Origin: Moraxella nasovis
GTDB lineage: Bacteria; Pseudomonadota; Gammaproteobacteria; Pseudomonadales; Moraxellaceae
Length of the DNA stretch: 32,000 nucleotides
Direction: 5' to 3'
NCBI RefSeq assembly: GCF_022701215.1
Contig: NZ_CP089976.1
Location: forward strand, 1,996,237 to 2,028,236
Of the stretch, positions 18,381-27,965 are shown piece by piece; within the stretch, counting starts at the first letter, position 1; every line of letters begins with the position of its first letter. The notes below the pieces were generated by a model that saw nothing but the letters and a program-made list of their open reading frames with translations, ran no database searches and was not told the DNA's origin. The translations under genes were made by a program, and so were the position numbers.

Positions 18381-19232
18381 CTAAGAAGACAGCTGTTTAA
18401 GCCTATCTTGCAATTGTAATAGCTTGGCATTCGCATCATCAGTATAGCGTACAGATAACTGCTTGGTTAGTTTTTTGATTTGGGTGCGGATTTTTGCCAG
18501 CTCAACGGTATTTTTGGCAAGATTTTCACTTGGAGCATCTGGTGTGATAGTAGGCATAAGAGCGTTTGCCATTGCACTTTCAACAGCACTAACGACAGGC
18601 TTTGCCCCTTCGGTGATCGTCTTAGCAACTCGATTGAGATGCTGATGATAGCGTCGTCTTAGGTGTTCTTGTTCATTTTGGCGTTCATCATCACTTAGTA
18701 CCCTTGGAAATTCTACCAGATCAATGCAGTCCACAGGACAAGGAGTAAGGCACAGTTCACAGCCTGTACATAGCTCTTTAATAATACTGTGCATGTGCTT
18801 AGCTGTTCCGATGATGGCATCGACAGGGCAGGCAGGAATACACTTGGTGCAACCAATGCAGTTTGGCTCATCAATCACCGCACGCACTTCGATTGGGCGA
18901 CCTGTCTGCTCATGGGTCTGCCACTTACTCGGGGTGGCGGCAAGTGACTGCTTCCCTATAATGGCAGCGATTTGGTCGGCGACTACTTGACCACCCGGTA
19001 TGCACAGATTGGTTGGCTCATTATGCATGATAATGCCACAAGCATAGGGTAAGCACCCATCATGATGACCGCATAGGCCGCACTGCGTTTGGGGTAGTGT
19101 GGCGTCAATTTGGGCGACTTTTTGGCGGTCTTGAGCTGTCAGTGTATCTAACTGTAAGGACTTAAAAAGTACTGGCAAATCGTCCAAACGTGCTGTCAAA
19201 TCAGTATTTTCAATGTGTATGGTTAAGGTCAT
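18381..19232 (-). CDS. RnfB/RsxB-like Fe-S protein (ferredoxin-type), stand-alone
   Basis: N-terminal cluster motif CGLCGHHDGCLPYAC, plus two 4Fe-4S motifs, CIGCTKCIPACP and CTGCELCLTPCP. It has a C-terminal charged extension. No other rnf genes are nearby. Confidence 0.8.
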   Translation of the reverse strand: MTLTIHIENTDLTARLDDLPVLFKSLQLDTLTAQDRQKVAQIDATLPQTQCGLCGHHDGCLPYACGIIMHNEPTNLCIPGGQVVADQIAAIIGKQSLAATPSKWQTHEQTGRPIEVRAVIDEPNCIGCTKCIPACPVDAIIGTAKHMHSIIKELCTGCELCLTPCPVDCIDLVEFPRVLSDDERQNEQEHLRRRYHQHLNRVAKTITEGAKPVVSAVESAMANALMPTITPDAPSENLAKNTVELAKIRTQIKKLTKQLSVRYTDDANAKLLQLQDRLKQLSS

Positions 19233-19241
19233 GACAATAGG

Positions 19242-20102
19242 CTAAGTTAGGGCAATGCCACACTCTTTGGCGGCTTGGCAAATTAAAGCACGGGCAATAG
19301 TGCCAACTTCAGGAATGGCTGGCAAATCATGAAAATCAAAAAACTGAGCATGGCTTATCTCATCTGTCTGCGGGGTGATCACGCCACCATCATAGTGAGC
19401 AATAAACCCAAGCATAAGATTAGTCGGATAAGGCCACGGCTGACTGCTGATATAGCGTGGTTCACGAATCGTTACGTTTACTTCTTCTAGTGTTTCACGG
19501 CATAAAGCAGATTCTAAGGATTCGCCCGCTTCTACAAAGCCTGCAATCAGCCCATAAACTCCTTTATCGGCATGGCGATGGTGCTTGGCAAGTAAGATTT
19601 GCGGCTTGTGATTGGTAGGGTGATTTCTTATGATGGCGACAATGATGCAAGGCTGAACCCTAGGATAGGCATGATGTCGGCAAGCAGGGCAAATCATGGC
19701 ATTTTCGCTGTGGTGCATTTTAGTTGGTGTGCCACATCGTGAACAAAAGCGATGATCGTTTTGCCAAAGGACTAACTGAATGGCTCGGCTTAGCTGTTCG
19801 GCAGTCTGTGAATCACAGTGATATGCCAACTGACGAAATGATATCAGCTCCAAACATGGATGTGTGGTCGTGGTGTAGCCACTCCCAAAAGCTCCCACTA
19901 AGCCACAGGCTAATGCACGATCTAGATCAATAACATGGCTGATAACGCCATAAGAAGCGGTCTTTGGCAAAATTTCACCAAAAGCAAGGCTTATTGCACC
20001 TAAATCAGCAAGTTGATTTGTGGATATGTTAAATAAGACAGGTACGCCATTATGGCATAATACGCTGTCATTTTTTATGATTAAAGCTGCTTGATGGGTC
20101 AT
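19242..20102 (-). CDS. nudC: NAD(+) diphosphatase NudC
   Basis: Zinc ribbon CSRCGTPT...CPAC, Nudix box GFVEAGESLESALCRETLEEVNV, and SQPWPYP downstream. ATG 20102 lies 9 nt after the upstream gene stop. Confidence 0.88.
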   Translation of the reverse strand: MTHQAALIIKNDSVLCHNGVPVLFNISTNQLADLGAISLAFGEILPKTASYGVISHVIDLDRALACGLVGAFGSGYTTTTHPCLELISFRQLAYHCDSQTAEQLSRAIQLVLWQNDHRFCSRCGTPTKMHHSENAMICPACRHHAYPRVQPCIIVAIIRNHPTNHKPQILLAKHHRHADKGVYGLIAGFVEAGESLESALCRETLEEVNVTIREPRYISSQPWPYPTNLMLGFIAHYDGGVITPQTDEISHAQFFDFHDLPAIPEVGTIARALICQAAKECGIALT

Positions 20103-20110
20103 ATTTGCTC

Positions 20111-21427
20111 TTATTTTAGTATAGCGGCACGCCAAGCTGCATCACCGTCTATGTCGCTTGCAGAAACACGTAAACCATCAGCAAAATCATTTAGACGGCG
20201 AAAGCTGGCTAAGCCTGTGTTAGTCTGATTCTCAGCGTCATAATCGTCCATATTAATCGCCATTTGACCACCTGTCATCGCCAAATAGACTTCTGCTAGA
20301 ATCTCTGAGTCAAGCAAAGCCCCGTGGAATGTACGATCTTGAGTGCCGACGTTTAGCCTGCGTCTTAGGGCGTCAAGGGAGTTTTTTTGACCTGGATACA
20401 GCTGTTTGGCGATGTCTAAGGAATCGGTAACCTTCACCCGCTCACTAAAGTCAGTCAATCCAACCTTGTCAAATTCCATTTTCAAAAATCGCATATCAAA
20501 CGGTGCGTTATGGGCGATAACTTCACTGCCGACCATAAAATCATAGATTGCTTGGGCGACGTCTTTAAACTTTGGTTTATCTTCTAAAAACTCGTTAGAA
20601 ATACCGTGAATGCGAATGACTTCTTCGTCCATTTGTTTATCAGGATTGATATAGACGTGTAGCTGATTGCCTGTAAACTTACGCCCAACCATCTCAATAA
20701 TCCCCACCTCGACAATGCGATCACCGTTTTGATCCTCAAAGCCTGTGGTCTCTGTATCCATAATCAGCTGTCTGTTTGAGCTATTTTGGTTGCTAGGCTT
20801 AGGCAAAATCGCCCAAAAGTCGGCATTGGCTTGGCTGGTTTTGCCATCATAGGCAGGATTTTGGGCGTCATTTGGGCTAACAGCAAAACCTTGTTGGTAC
20901 ACATCTATCGCATGCTCTTGTGGTGGAGCGTCGTCAGGTTTGCCATCAGTTGTTTCATTGGCTTTGATAAGCTTACGCCCAGAGCTTGTCACCCCTAGAT
21001 TTGCCAAGTGATCTGCCTTGGTGTTACCTGCATGACCTGCATGACCCTTGACCCAGCACCACTCAATGGTACGGTTTTGGCGAAGCTCATCAAGCTTTTG
21101 CCACAAGTCAAGGTTGATGACAGATTTGCCATCTGCCTTTTGCCAGTTTTTTTGTTTCCAACCGTCAAGCCATTCACTCATGCCTTGCTTAACGTAATTT
21201 GAGTCCGTCCAAAGTTGTAACGGCACATCACTTGGCGTGTTCTGTAAGGCAACGATTGCTGCCATCAGCTCCATGCGGTTATTGGTCGTGTCTGCATCGC
21301 CACCCCAGATATTCTCAATATTACCATCAGTATGGTGGATGTGAACGCCAAAACCGCCAGCCGCTTGGCTGTTTTTGCCATTGCCTTTACAAGCTCCGTC
21401 GGTATAAGCGATTGTTTGATTTATCAT
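20111..21427 (-). CDS. dnaQ: Fusion protein: RNase HI (N-terminal) plus DNA polymerase III epsilon proofreading exonuclease (C-terminal)
   Basis: RNase H part: IAYTDGACKGNG, NNRMELMAAIVAL, WTDSNYV, WVKGHAGHAGNTKADHLAN. A low-complexity linker of about 70 aa follows. DnaQ part: LIMDTETTGF (Exo I), VIAHNAPFDMRFL (Exo II), HGALLDSEILAEVYLAM (Exo III). Confidence 0.92.
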   Translation of the reverse strand: MINQTIAYTDGACKGNGKNSQAAGGFGVHIHHTDGNIENIWGGDADTTNNRMELMAAIVALQNTPSDVPLQLWTDSNYVKQGMSEWLDGWKQKNWQKADGKSVINLDLWQKLDELRQNRTIEWCWVKGHAGHAGNTKADHLANLGVTSSGRKLIKANETTDGKPDDAPPQEHAIDVYQQGFAVSPNDAQNPAYDGKTSQANADFWAILPKPSNQNSSNRQLIMDTETTGFEDQNGDRIVEVGIIEMVGRKFTGNQLHVYINPDKQMDEEVIRIHGISNEFLEDKPKFKDVAQAIYDFMVGSEVIAHNAPFDMRFLKMEFDKVGLTDFSERVKVTDSLDIAKQLYPGQKNSLDALRRRLNVGTQDRTFHGALLDSEILAEVYLAMTGGQMAINMDDYDAENQTNTGLASFRRLNDFADGLRVSASDIDGDAAWRAAILK

Positions 21428-21563
21428 ATGAGTATCTTTTATCACAAAAGCTTAATTATAATCTATTTAGGCATTTTTGTCATGAAACAAGCCTGTGCAT
21501 TTTTAGACCAACTTTGTTATAATGCCATACGATTTGCCACCACAACCCTTATAAAGCCCCATC

Positions 21564-22229
21564 ATGACTGATTTATCTCATCGTTTTGCTCGCCCATTTC
21601 GCCCAGAAGTATTGATTAGCCCTAAGCACATTAAGTTATCGCCACTTGATAATCGTCCATTATTTTTTGAGATTGGGGCAGGCAAGGGCAAGCATGCTTT
21701 ACTGTTTGCACATGATAACCCAAACAAGCAACTGCTCGCTGTAGAACGCACCCATGAGAAAATTACTGCCTTTCATAAGCAACTTACAAACTTAGCTTGT
21801 GATAATTTATACGCCATTCAAGCTGACGCCATCGCCTTTGCTGTGCATTATCTACCGCCAAATTCTCTTGATGGGGTGTTTATCTTATATCCCAATCCCG
21901 AGCCGCACAATAAAAACCAACGCTGGCTAAATATGCCGTTTTTTGAATTTTTAATCTCACGCATGAAAGCAGGGGCTAAGCTTACCTTAGTTAGCAACAT
22001 CGCTTGGTACATAGACGAAGCTGAAGAAAAGCTAAACAATACATGGCTGCTGCCTTATGACAAGCACCAAGTTGCCACCGATTCAGCTCGCACACATTTT
22101 GAGATAAAATATCTACAACGTGGCGAGACTTGCACCGAACTTAATATCCTAAAGCCGAACTATTATCGCACGCGGTTTGATGACTTTTGTCAGGATATAT
22201 CGCAGACGCTGATTAAGCCTGCTGTGTAG
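21564..22229 (+). CDS. trmB: tRNA (guanine-N7)-methyltransferase TrmB
   Basis: SAM-binding FFEIGAGKGKHALLFA, plus ILYPNPEPHNKNQRW and the downstream TrmB-like region. Length is 221 aa. Confidence 0.85.
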   Translation: MTDLSHRFARPFRPEVLISPKHIKLSPLDNRPLFFEIGAGKGKHALLFAHDNPNKQLLAVERTHEKITAFHKQLTNLACDNLYAIQADAIAFAVHYLPPNSLDGVFILYPNPEPHNKNQRWLNMPFFEFLISRMKAGAKLTLVSNIAWYIDEAEEKLNNTWLLPYDKHQVATDSARTHFEIKYLQRGETCTELNILKPNYYRTRFDDFCQDISQTLIKPAV

Positions 22230-22571
22230 TGTCCAATTTATCGAAGTGGGGGTGTTGGGCTTATGGCAACAAAAATACTGCTTGCTTGTTAGGGAAGGTA
22301 TCGGTTTTTGAGAAGATGCTAAAAAGTGAGCGTGGTTAAAAGCATACAACTTCTACAAAATTACTATAATTTTTATAAATAAAATTTGTTATAATAAAGT
22401 TGCGAACAAGGGCTGGTTATATTCCCAATTTAGGTCGCCAAGATTATCAACCCTTTTACCGACATATCGCACGATGACCTAAAATTCGCCCTAGCCATGA
22501 AAAAAGTGGCAGAGCCGATTTATACTTAAATTAAAAGATGGGTGTGAACCAAAGATAAATATGAATATGAT

Positions 22572-23456
22572 ATGTTAAAACCGATTTTAAAATGGGCTGG
22601 TGGCAAGAGTCAGCTGTTATCTCAAATCCAAAACCGCCTGCCAACTTATGTACAAACCCAAGATTTTTGTTTGGTTGAGCCATTTGTTGGTGGTGGGGCG
22701 GTAAGTTTTTGGGCGTTATCGCATTTTCCTAATCTAAAACGGCTGATTATTAATGACATCAATCACGATCTTATTAATGTCTATCGTGTTATTCGTCAAT
22801 CCGCTGACAGATTGATTGATGTGCTTTTTCATATCCAGCAAGAATATGATAATTTAACTGATTTAGAAAGCAAAAAGCCTTATTATTATGCCAAGCGAGA
22901 TTTATATAACTCTCGTAAGTCTGATAATATTACCCAAGCCGCTTTATTCATTTTTTTAAACAAAGCGGGCTTTAATGGTCTATATCGTGTCAATAAAAAT
23001 AATGAATTTAATGTGCCAATTGGCAGTTACAAAAAACCACAATTTTTAGACAAAGAGCTGATTTATCAATTGCAAAAATACCTAAAAAATGTGGAAATAT
23101 TAACAGGTGATTATGAGCAAATTTTGAATAAACTAGACAATACTCTACCTTGTTTATTTTATATTGATCCTCCCTATCGCCCGCTTAGTAATACATCAAA
23201 CTTTAATCATTATGCTCATCAAGAATTTGATGATAATGAACAGGTTCGTCTAGCACAATTTTGTCGTCAATTAGATAAATTAGGTTATCAATTTTTACTG
23301 AGTAATTCTGACCCCAAAAATAGCAATCCTAATGACAATTTTTTTGATGAACTGTATCAACAGTTTACCATCGAGAGAGTGATGGCGAAACGTGCAATCA
23401 ATGCCAAAGGCGATGGACGGTCGGCGATTAGCGAGATTTTAGTTTATAATTATTAG
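22572..23456 (+). CDS. Dam-family (alpha class) GATC N6-adenine DNA methyltransferase, DpnM / M.MboIA-like
   Basis: [21 protein letters not shown] (FxGxG) and a central IDPPY. It is the first gene of the three-gene cassette. Confidence 0.92.
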   Translation: MLKPILKWAGGKSQLLSQIQNRLPTYVQTQDFCLVEPFVGGGAVSFWALSHFPNLKRLIINDINHDLINVYRVIRQSADRLIDVLFHIQQEYDNLTDLESKKPYYYAKRDLYNSRKSDNITQAALFIFLNKAGFNGLYRVNKNNEFNVPIGSYKKPQFLDKELIYQLQKYLKNVEILTGDYEQILNKLDNTLPCLFYIDPPYRPLSNTSNFNHYAHQEFDDNEQVRLAQFCRQLDKLGYQFLLSNSDPKNSNPNDNFFDELYQQFTIERVMAKRAINAKGDGRSAISEILVYNY

Positions 23457-23464
23457 GAGTGTAT

Positions 23465-24352
23465 ATGAAAGATATTTATGATTCAGCACATTTTGACCTA
23501 CTCATAAGCACTTTAAAAGAAAAGGGCTTGATACAATATGATTATTTTGTAAATTGGGCAAAAGTTTTTGATAATATCACGCCGATTGAAAAAGAATTGA
23601 ATTTATTAAATACAGCAATTGGTAAGGATAATGTTGATGAAGTGCTATTTGATATTTTTAAAACTTATCCAAAAACTATTAAAGTCATTCCTATTTTATT
23701 GGCTATTCGTGATAAATCTATTGAAGTTTTGATAGATAGCTCAAATTTTATTTATAGAAATTTTAACTTTAATGATAAAAACATTGATGATGATAAAATT
23801 CATGGACTAATTGAGCTTCTGCTACAAAGTGGTTTTGTTGAATTGATTAAAAATAAACAAATAAAAAATTTGGTAGATTATTGTATTGGCGTAGAAGTAG
23901 GTCTAGATAGTAATGGACGTAAAAACCGTAGTGGTACATCTATGGAGATACTGGTGGAGTCTTTTGTTGCGTTATTCTGTCATAATCATAATTTAGAATA
24001 TCTCGTACAAGCCAATGCCAAAAAAATTGCGGACGCTTGGGGAATAGAAATACAAATTGATAAAACATCTCGTATTATAGATTTTGTTATAAAAAACGGA
24101 GAGAAATTATATTTTATTGAATGTAATTTTTATAAGGGCGGTGGCTCTAAGCTCAAATCAACCGCAACCGAATATATAGAAATGGCTCGTTTTTGGAAAA
24201 ACCAAGATATTGAATTTATTTGGGTAACAGACGGTGCAGGTTGGGCAGGAACACATAGACCACTAAGAGATTATTTTAATAAGGGTAATATTTTATTGAA
24301 TATACAGATGTTACAAGATGATTATTTAGCAAAAATAATTTTGGATAACTGA
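23465..24352 (+). CDS. Type II restriction endonuclease, DpnII/MboI family (GATC)
   Basis: IGVEVGLDSNGRKNRSGTSME, IDFVIKNGEKLYFIECNFYKGGGSKLKSTA and WVTDGAGW match the blocks I recall from R.DpnII. AGGAG lies 5 nt before ATG 23465. Confidence 0.88.
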   Translation: MKDIYDSAHFDLLISTLKEKGLIQYDYFVNWAKVFDNITPIEKELNLLNTAIGKDNVDEVLFDIFKTYPKTIKVIPILLAIRDKSIEVLIDSSNFIYRNFNFNDKNIDDDKIHGLIELLLQSGFVELIKNKQIKNLVDYCIGVEVGLDSNGRKNRSGTSMEILVESFVALFCHNHNLEYLVQANAKKIADAWGIEIQIDKTSRIIDFVIKNGEKLYFIECNFYKGGGSKLKSTATEYIEMARFWKNQDIEFIWVTDGAGWAGTHRPLRDYFNKGNILLNIQMLQDDYLAKIILDN

Positions 24353-25165
24353 ATGCTATATTTTCAATCTACCGATAAAAATTTTAATTTATATCAAGGC
24401 GATTGTATAAAAATCATGCCAACATTGCAGGCAAATAGCATTGATATGATCTTTGCCGATCCGCCTTATTTTTTATCTAATGATGGTTTGACAGTTAAAG
24501 ATGGTGTGATTCAATCGGTTAATAAAGGCAATTGGGATAAGTTTAGTACAGATGATGAAATTTATCGTTTTACTTATGAATGGTTAAATGAATCTCGGAG
24601 AATTTTAAAAGATAATGGCACAATTTGGATAAGTGGCACACATCATAATATTTTTATGTTAGGGCGTATTTTAGAGCAATTGGGTTTTAAGATATTAAAT
24701 ATGATTACTTGGGAGAAACCAAATCCGCCACCAAATTTCTCATGTCGTTATTTTACTTATTCTGCCGAGTGGATTATTTGGGCAAGAAAATATCCCAAGA
24801 TCCCACATTATTTCAATTATGAGTTAATGAAAAAACTCAATGCTAATAAGCAAGCCAAAGATGTTTGGCGACTGCCTGCGGTGAATAAATGGGAAAAACA
24901 ACAAGGCAGGCACCCAACTCAAAAACCACTAGGGTTGTTATCTCGGATTATTTTGGCCTCTACCCAAGAATATGATATTATTGTAGACCCATTCTCAGGT
25001 TCGGCAACCACAGGGATTGCTGGTGCAATTTTAAATAGAAAATTCATCGGTATTGAATCAAACGATGAATTTTTAGCACTATCTAAAAGGCGTTATATTG
25101 ACTTAACGCCCAACAACAAAACGTCATTAAAACAAAAAATCAGAGAGCAAATCAGTTTAATATGA
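24353..25165 (+). CDS. Second (beta class) N6-adenine DNA methyltransferase, DpnA / M.MboIC-like
   Basis: N-terminal FADPPY and C-terminal DPFSGSATTG (SAM-binding). The start directly abuts the endonuclease stop (TGAATG). Confidence 0.9.
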   Translation: MLYFQSTDKNFNLYQGDCIKIMPTLQANSIDMIFADPPYFLSNDGLTVKDGVIQSVNKGNWDKFSTDDEIYRFTYEWLNESRRILKDNGTIWISGTHHNIFMLGRILEQLGFKILNMITWEKPNPPPNFSCRYFTYSAEWIIWARKYPKIPHYFNYELMKKLNANKQAKDVWRLPAVNKWEKQQGRHPTQKPLGLLSRIILASTQEYDIIVDPFSGSATTGIAGAILNRKFIGIESNDEFLALSKRRYIDLTPNNKTSLKQKIREQISLI

Positions 25166-25365
25166 AAGACACACAATCCACCATCACCCACTACCAAGTC
25201 TTGTATTGTAAATAGTCAGACCTATGTACCGAATGCGTGTGCTTTTATGATGAATCGCACAAGGCTTACCCCATTGATTGCATCATCAAAGATGAAGAGT
25301 AAGACGAGAATACTGATAAACTCATGGCAAAATATCGACGAATGTGGCATAAATCATTTGAATAA
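25162..25365 (+). pseudogene. Decayed 3' portion of an Alvin-type 2[4Fe-4S] ferredoxin (fdx/yfhL-like) gene
   Basis: A single frame reads ...THYQVLYCK*SDLCTECVCFYDESHKAYPIDCIIKDEE*DENTDKLMAKYRRMW... Compare A. vinosum-type Fdx ...[53 protein letters not shown]. There are two in-frame stops (25213, 25300), cluster Cys residues are lost, and the N-terminal CxxCxxCxxxCP half is absent. Confidence 0.7.
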
Positions 25366-25399
25366 AAAACACCCTAAACTTAGCATTTAGGGTGTTTTT
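25364..25399. terminator. Bidirectional intrinsic terminator
   Basis: ACACCCTAAA (25369-25378) pairs with TTTAGGGTGT (25386-25395) as a perfect 10-bp stem. An A5 run lies upstream and a T4 run downstream. It separates the ferredoxin remnant from the convergent receptor gene. Confidence 0.85.
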
Positions 25400-25412
25400 G
25401 TGCATAATCAAC

Positions 25413-27935
25413 TTAATATTTCACACTTGCACCGATACTAAAATTACGTCCCATTTGTGGAGTGTACGGTATGTACGTTTCGTGGGCATAGATGGTATCA
25501 TTGAGTAGGTTGTTGCCTTGCAAAAATACCGAATATTCTAGGTTGTTTTTGTAAGTGTGATAATCTATCCCAAGATTTAGCAAGCGATGTCCTTGCGTTG
25601 CCTTAAAGTTGCGTTCGTGATGGCGGTCAGGCACTTTGTTTTGGGCAAAAACGTGGGTATATTCTAAACTGCCAGACCACTTATCATTAAAGTTAGCCAA
25701 AACTTTTGCACCAAGTCGCATGGGCGGTAGGCGTGGTGTATAGGTGTCTGGTTGAGATTTGTAGTTAAAGGTCTCTTCACCAGTCCAACGATTAGGCTCG
25801 TAACCGACAACCACATCGGGTAAATGATGCAGACGACCTTTGACATAATCGCCAAAAATCTCGCCATAATAGCGGTCGTTAAATTGATAGCCAATTTTAC
25901 CTTCTATGCCATAGAATTTGGCAGGGGCTTGATTGTAGCGATTAATGTGTAGCATTTGTGGGTGTTTGACGACTTCTGTGCCTAAGTGGTCGTTGACGGT
26001 TTCAAGGTAAATATAATTATCAAAATCATACAGATAACTGCCAAGTTGATAATTAAATTTATCGCCTTGATATTTAAATGACAGCTCGTAGTTATTGGTC
26101 TTTTCTTTGGTCAGATTGCGATTACCCGCCTCAAACGAATTGGTCGCCAAATGCGGTCCGTGCGTGTACAGCTCTTGGGCATTGGGTAGGCGTTCTTGGT
26201 GCGAGACGTTCAGCGACAGTGTATGATTAGGCAAAAACCGCCAATGCACACCGCCAGCATAAGATACAGCGGTTTTTTTGTGCGGTGCTGTGGCTTTTTT
26301 GGCTTCAATGGTGGCTTGTTCTAGCTCATCGCCTTTTAGGTGACTTCTGTCTTTCATGGTTTTTTCAATGAAATCTAGATCATAATCCATGCTGATTTTT
26401 TGATGTTCCACTCGTGTGCCAAAATCTAGCGTGACTTTATCAAAATCTAACTTCTCAATGCCAAAAATACTGCTATTTTTGGTGGTGTTCTCAGTAAGTA
26501 GTGGTTGCTCTCGCCATTCGTTAATCGGGTTTTTGGCACTGCTTTTTTGATTAGTGTGCTGCACACCCCACACGCCAGATAAATTACCACCAAAAGCAGG
26601 CTTGGGTGCAAGCGTGGCTTCTAGGCGAGCTGCCACTCCTTTATTTTTAAAGACATTGGTTGCAAAACTACCTTCTTTTTCGTTATGCTGATAATCCACA
26701 TAAGCAGCATCACCACGGATTTTTGAGATGGCTTGCCAAGGGGTGTTCTGCCATTCGCCACGCATATCAAAACGTTTAGTAGTCAAGTCAATCATCGGTG
26801 CACCACCACCTGTATGAAAATGTCCTTTGTGTTCGTTGTGGCAATCGGGGCGTGGGTTTAGGTAATTGATGTCTTTATCGGTACTCAGCTGTGGGTATTT
26901 TGCCAAATAGGGGTGGGTGTAGAGTTTGTCAAAAATGTAAGACGCTCCACAGCCTTCATATAGATGATTATGAGCAGGCAGACCATACTCATCGTGGCGG
27001 TGGCTAAACGCCCCCCCAAGATAGCCATTATCGCCAACCCAAGATACACCAATACTGGCAGATTTAGAATCTGCCCAGCTGTCTGGCAGCTTGTCAAAGC
27101 TTTTGTATTTGATTGAATTTTTGACTTCATGCAGACGAGCTTTTTCGGCTTCGTATTTGGCGTGGCTATTGGTGTATACGTAGTCATAGACACTATTGGA
27201 GTAGCGTAATTCGCCTTTTTTCCATTTGTCATAGTCGGCTTGTAGATTTTCTAAGTCATAAGGCACGTTGGCATAGGCTTTTAATTCATCAATGCTAGAA
27301 AACTGCTCTTGGCGATAACGTGGCGTGCGGTAGTTGTCTGCATTTTTGTGCAGGCCTTCAATATGTAGAACAAAATTATCGCCAATTGGACCAGTAAGCT
27401 GTGTGGTGAGAAGCTTTTCTTGATTACCTGTGTTAAAGCGTACGCTGGTCTCTGTGGTGAGCTGGTTGGGAATTTGGGTGGGGATTTTATTGTCAATGAC
27501 GTTCACCGCACCTGCTGAGTTGCCTGAGCTGTATTTTAGGGTGTTGACACCACGCACAATCTCAACTCTTCTTGCCAAAGGTGTATCAACGGTGATGGCA
27601 TGATCGGGCGATAAATTTGCCATATCAATAACATCAGCACCGTTTTGTAAAATCTTTAGTCGCTTGCCTTCTTGACCACGAATGATGGGGGCGGACGCAC
27701 CACCACCAAATTGGTTGGAGTGAATGCCAAGCTCGTCAGATAACGCATCGCCTAGCGTGGTGGCACGTTTTTTGAGTACGTCGTGACTTACTCGCTGGTC
27801 ACTGATGTTGGTTTTGCCTTTGACGTTGACGGTCAGCGTATCTAAGACGACATTGGGGTCGTCATTGGCATGAACGACACTCACTAAGGCTAAGCTTAAG
27901 CTAATGGCAAGGCTGGTAGGTTTAAATAGTTTCAT
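25413..27935 (-). CDS. TonB-dependent outer-membrane receptor, ZnuD-like (metal piracy type)
   Basis: Signal peptide MKLFKPTSLAISLSLALVSVVHA, TonB-box-like DTLTVNV, a plug domain, and a C-terminal beta-barrel ending ...FSIGASVKY. His/Cys-rich loops are AHNHLYEGCG and PDCHNEHKGHFHTGGG. ATG 27935 is chosen over the upstream extension in the ORF track. Confidence 0.85.
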   Translation of the reverse strand: MKLFKPTSLAISLSLALVSVVHANDDPNVVLDTLTVNVKGKTNISDQRVSHDVLKKRATTLGDALSDELGIHSNQFGGGASAPIIRGQEGKRLKILQNGADVIDMANLSPDHAITVDTPLARRVEIVRGVNTLKYSSGNSAGAVNVIDNKIPTQIPNQLTTETSVRFNTGNQEKLLTTQLTGPIGDNFVLHIEGLHKNADNYRTPRYRQEQFSSIDELKAYANVPYDLENLQADYDKWKKGELRYSNSVYDYVYTNSHAKYEAEKARLHEVKNSIKYKSFDKLPDSWADSKSASIGVSWVGDNGYLGGAFSHRHDEYGLPAHNHLYEGCGASYIFDKLYTHPYLAKYPQLSTDKDINYLNPRPDCHNEHKGHFHTGGGAPMIDLTTKRFDMRGEWQNTPWQAISKIRGDAAYVDYQHNEKEGSFATNVFKNKGVAARLEATLAPKPAFGGNLSGVWGVQHTNQKSSAKNPINEWREQPLLTENTTKNSSIFGIEKLDFDKVTLDFGTRVEHQKISMDYDLDFIEKTMKDRSHLKGDELEQATIEAKKATAPHKKTAVSYAGGVHWRFLPNHTLSLNVSHQERLPNAQELYTHGPHLATNSFEAGNRNLTKEKTNNYELSFKYQGDKFNYQLGSYLYDFDNYIYLETVNDHLGTEVVKHPQMLHINRYNQAPAKFYGIEGKIGYQFNDRYYGEIFGDYVKGRLHHLPDVVVGYEPNRWTGEETFNYKSQPDTYTPRLPPMRLGAKVLANFNDKWSGSLEYTHVFAQNKVPDRHHERNFKATQGHRLLNLGIDYHTYKNNLEYSVFLQGNNLLNDTIYAHETYIPYTPQMGRNFSIGASVKY

Positions 27936-27965
27936 GGCATTTACACAGGTGGTTAACATTAAAAG

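Noticed and set aside
22149-22349. Minus-strand 66-aa ORF spanning the trmB 3' end and intergenic region
   Set aside because: It overlaps trmB antisense, has no Shine-Dalgarno and has low-complexity composition.
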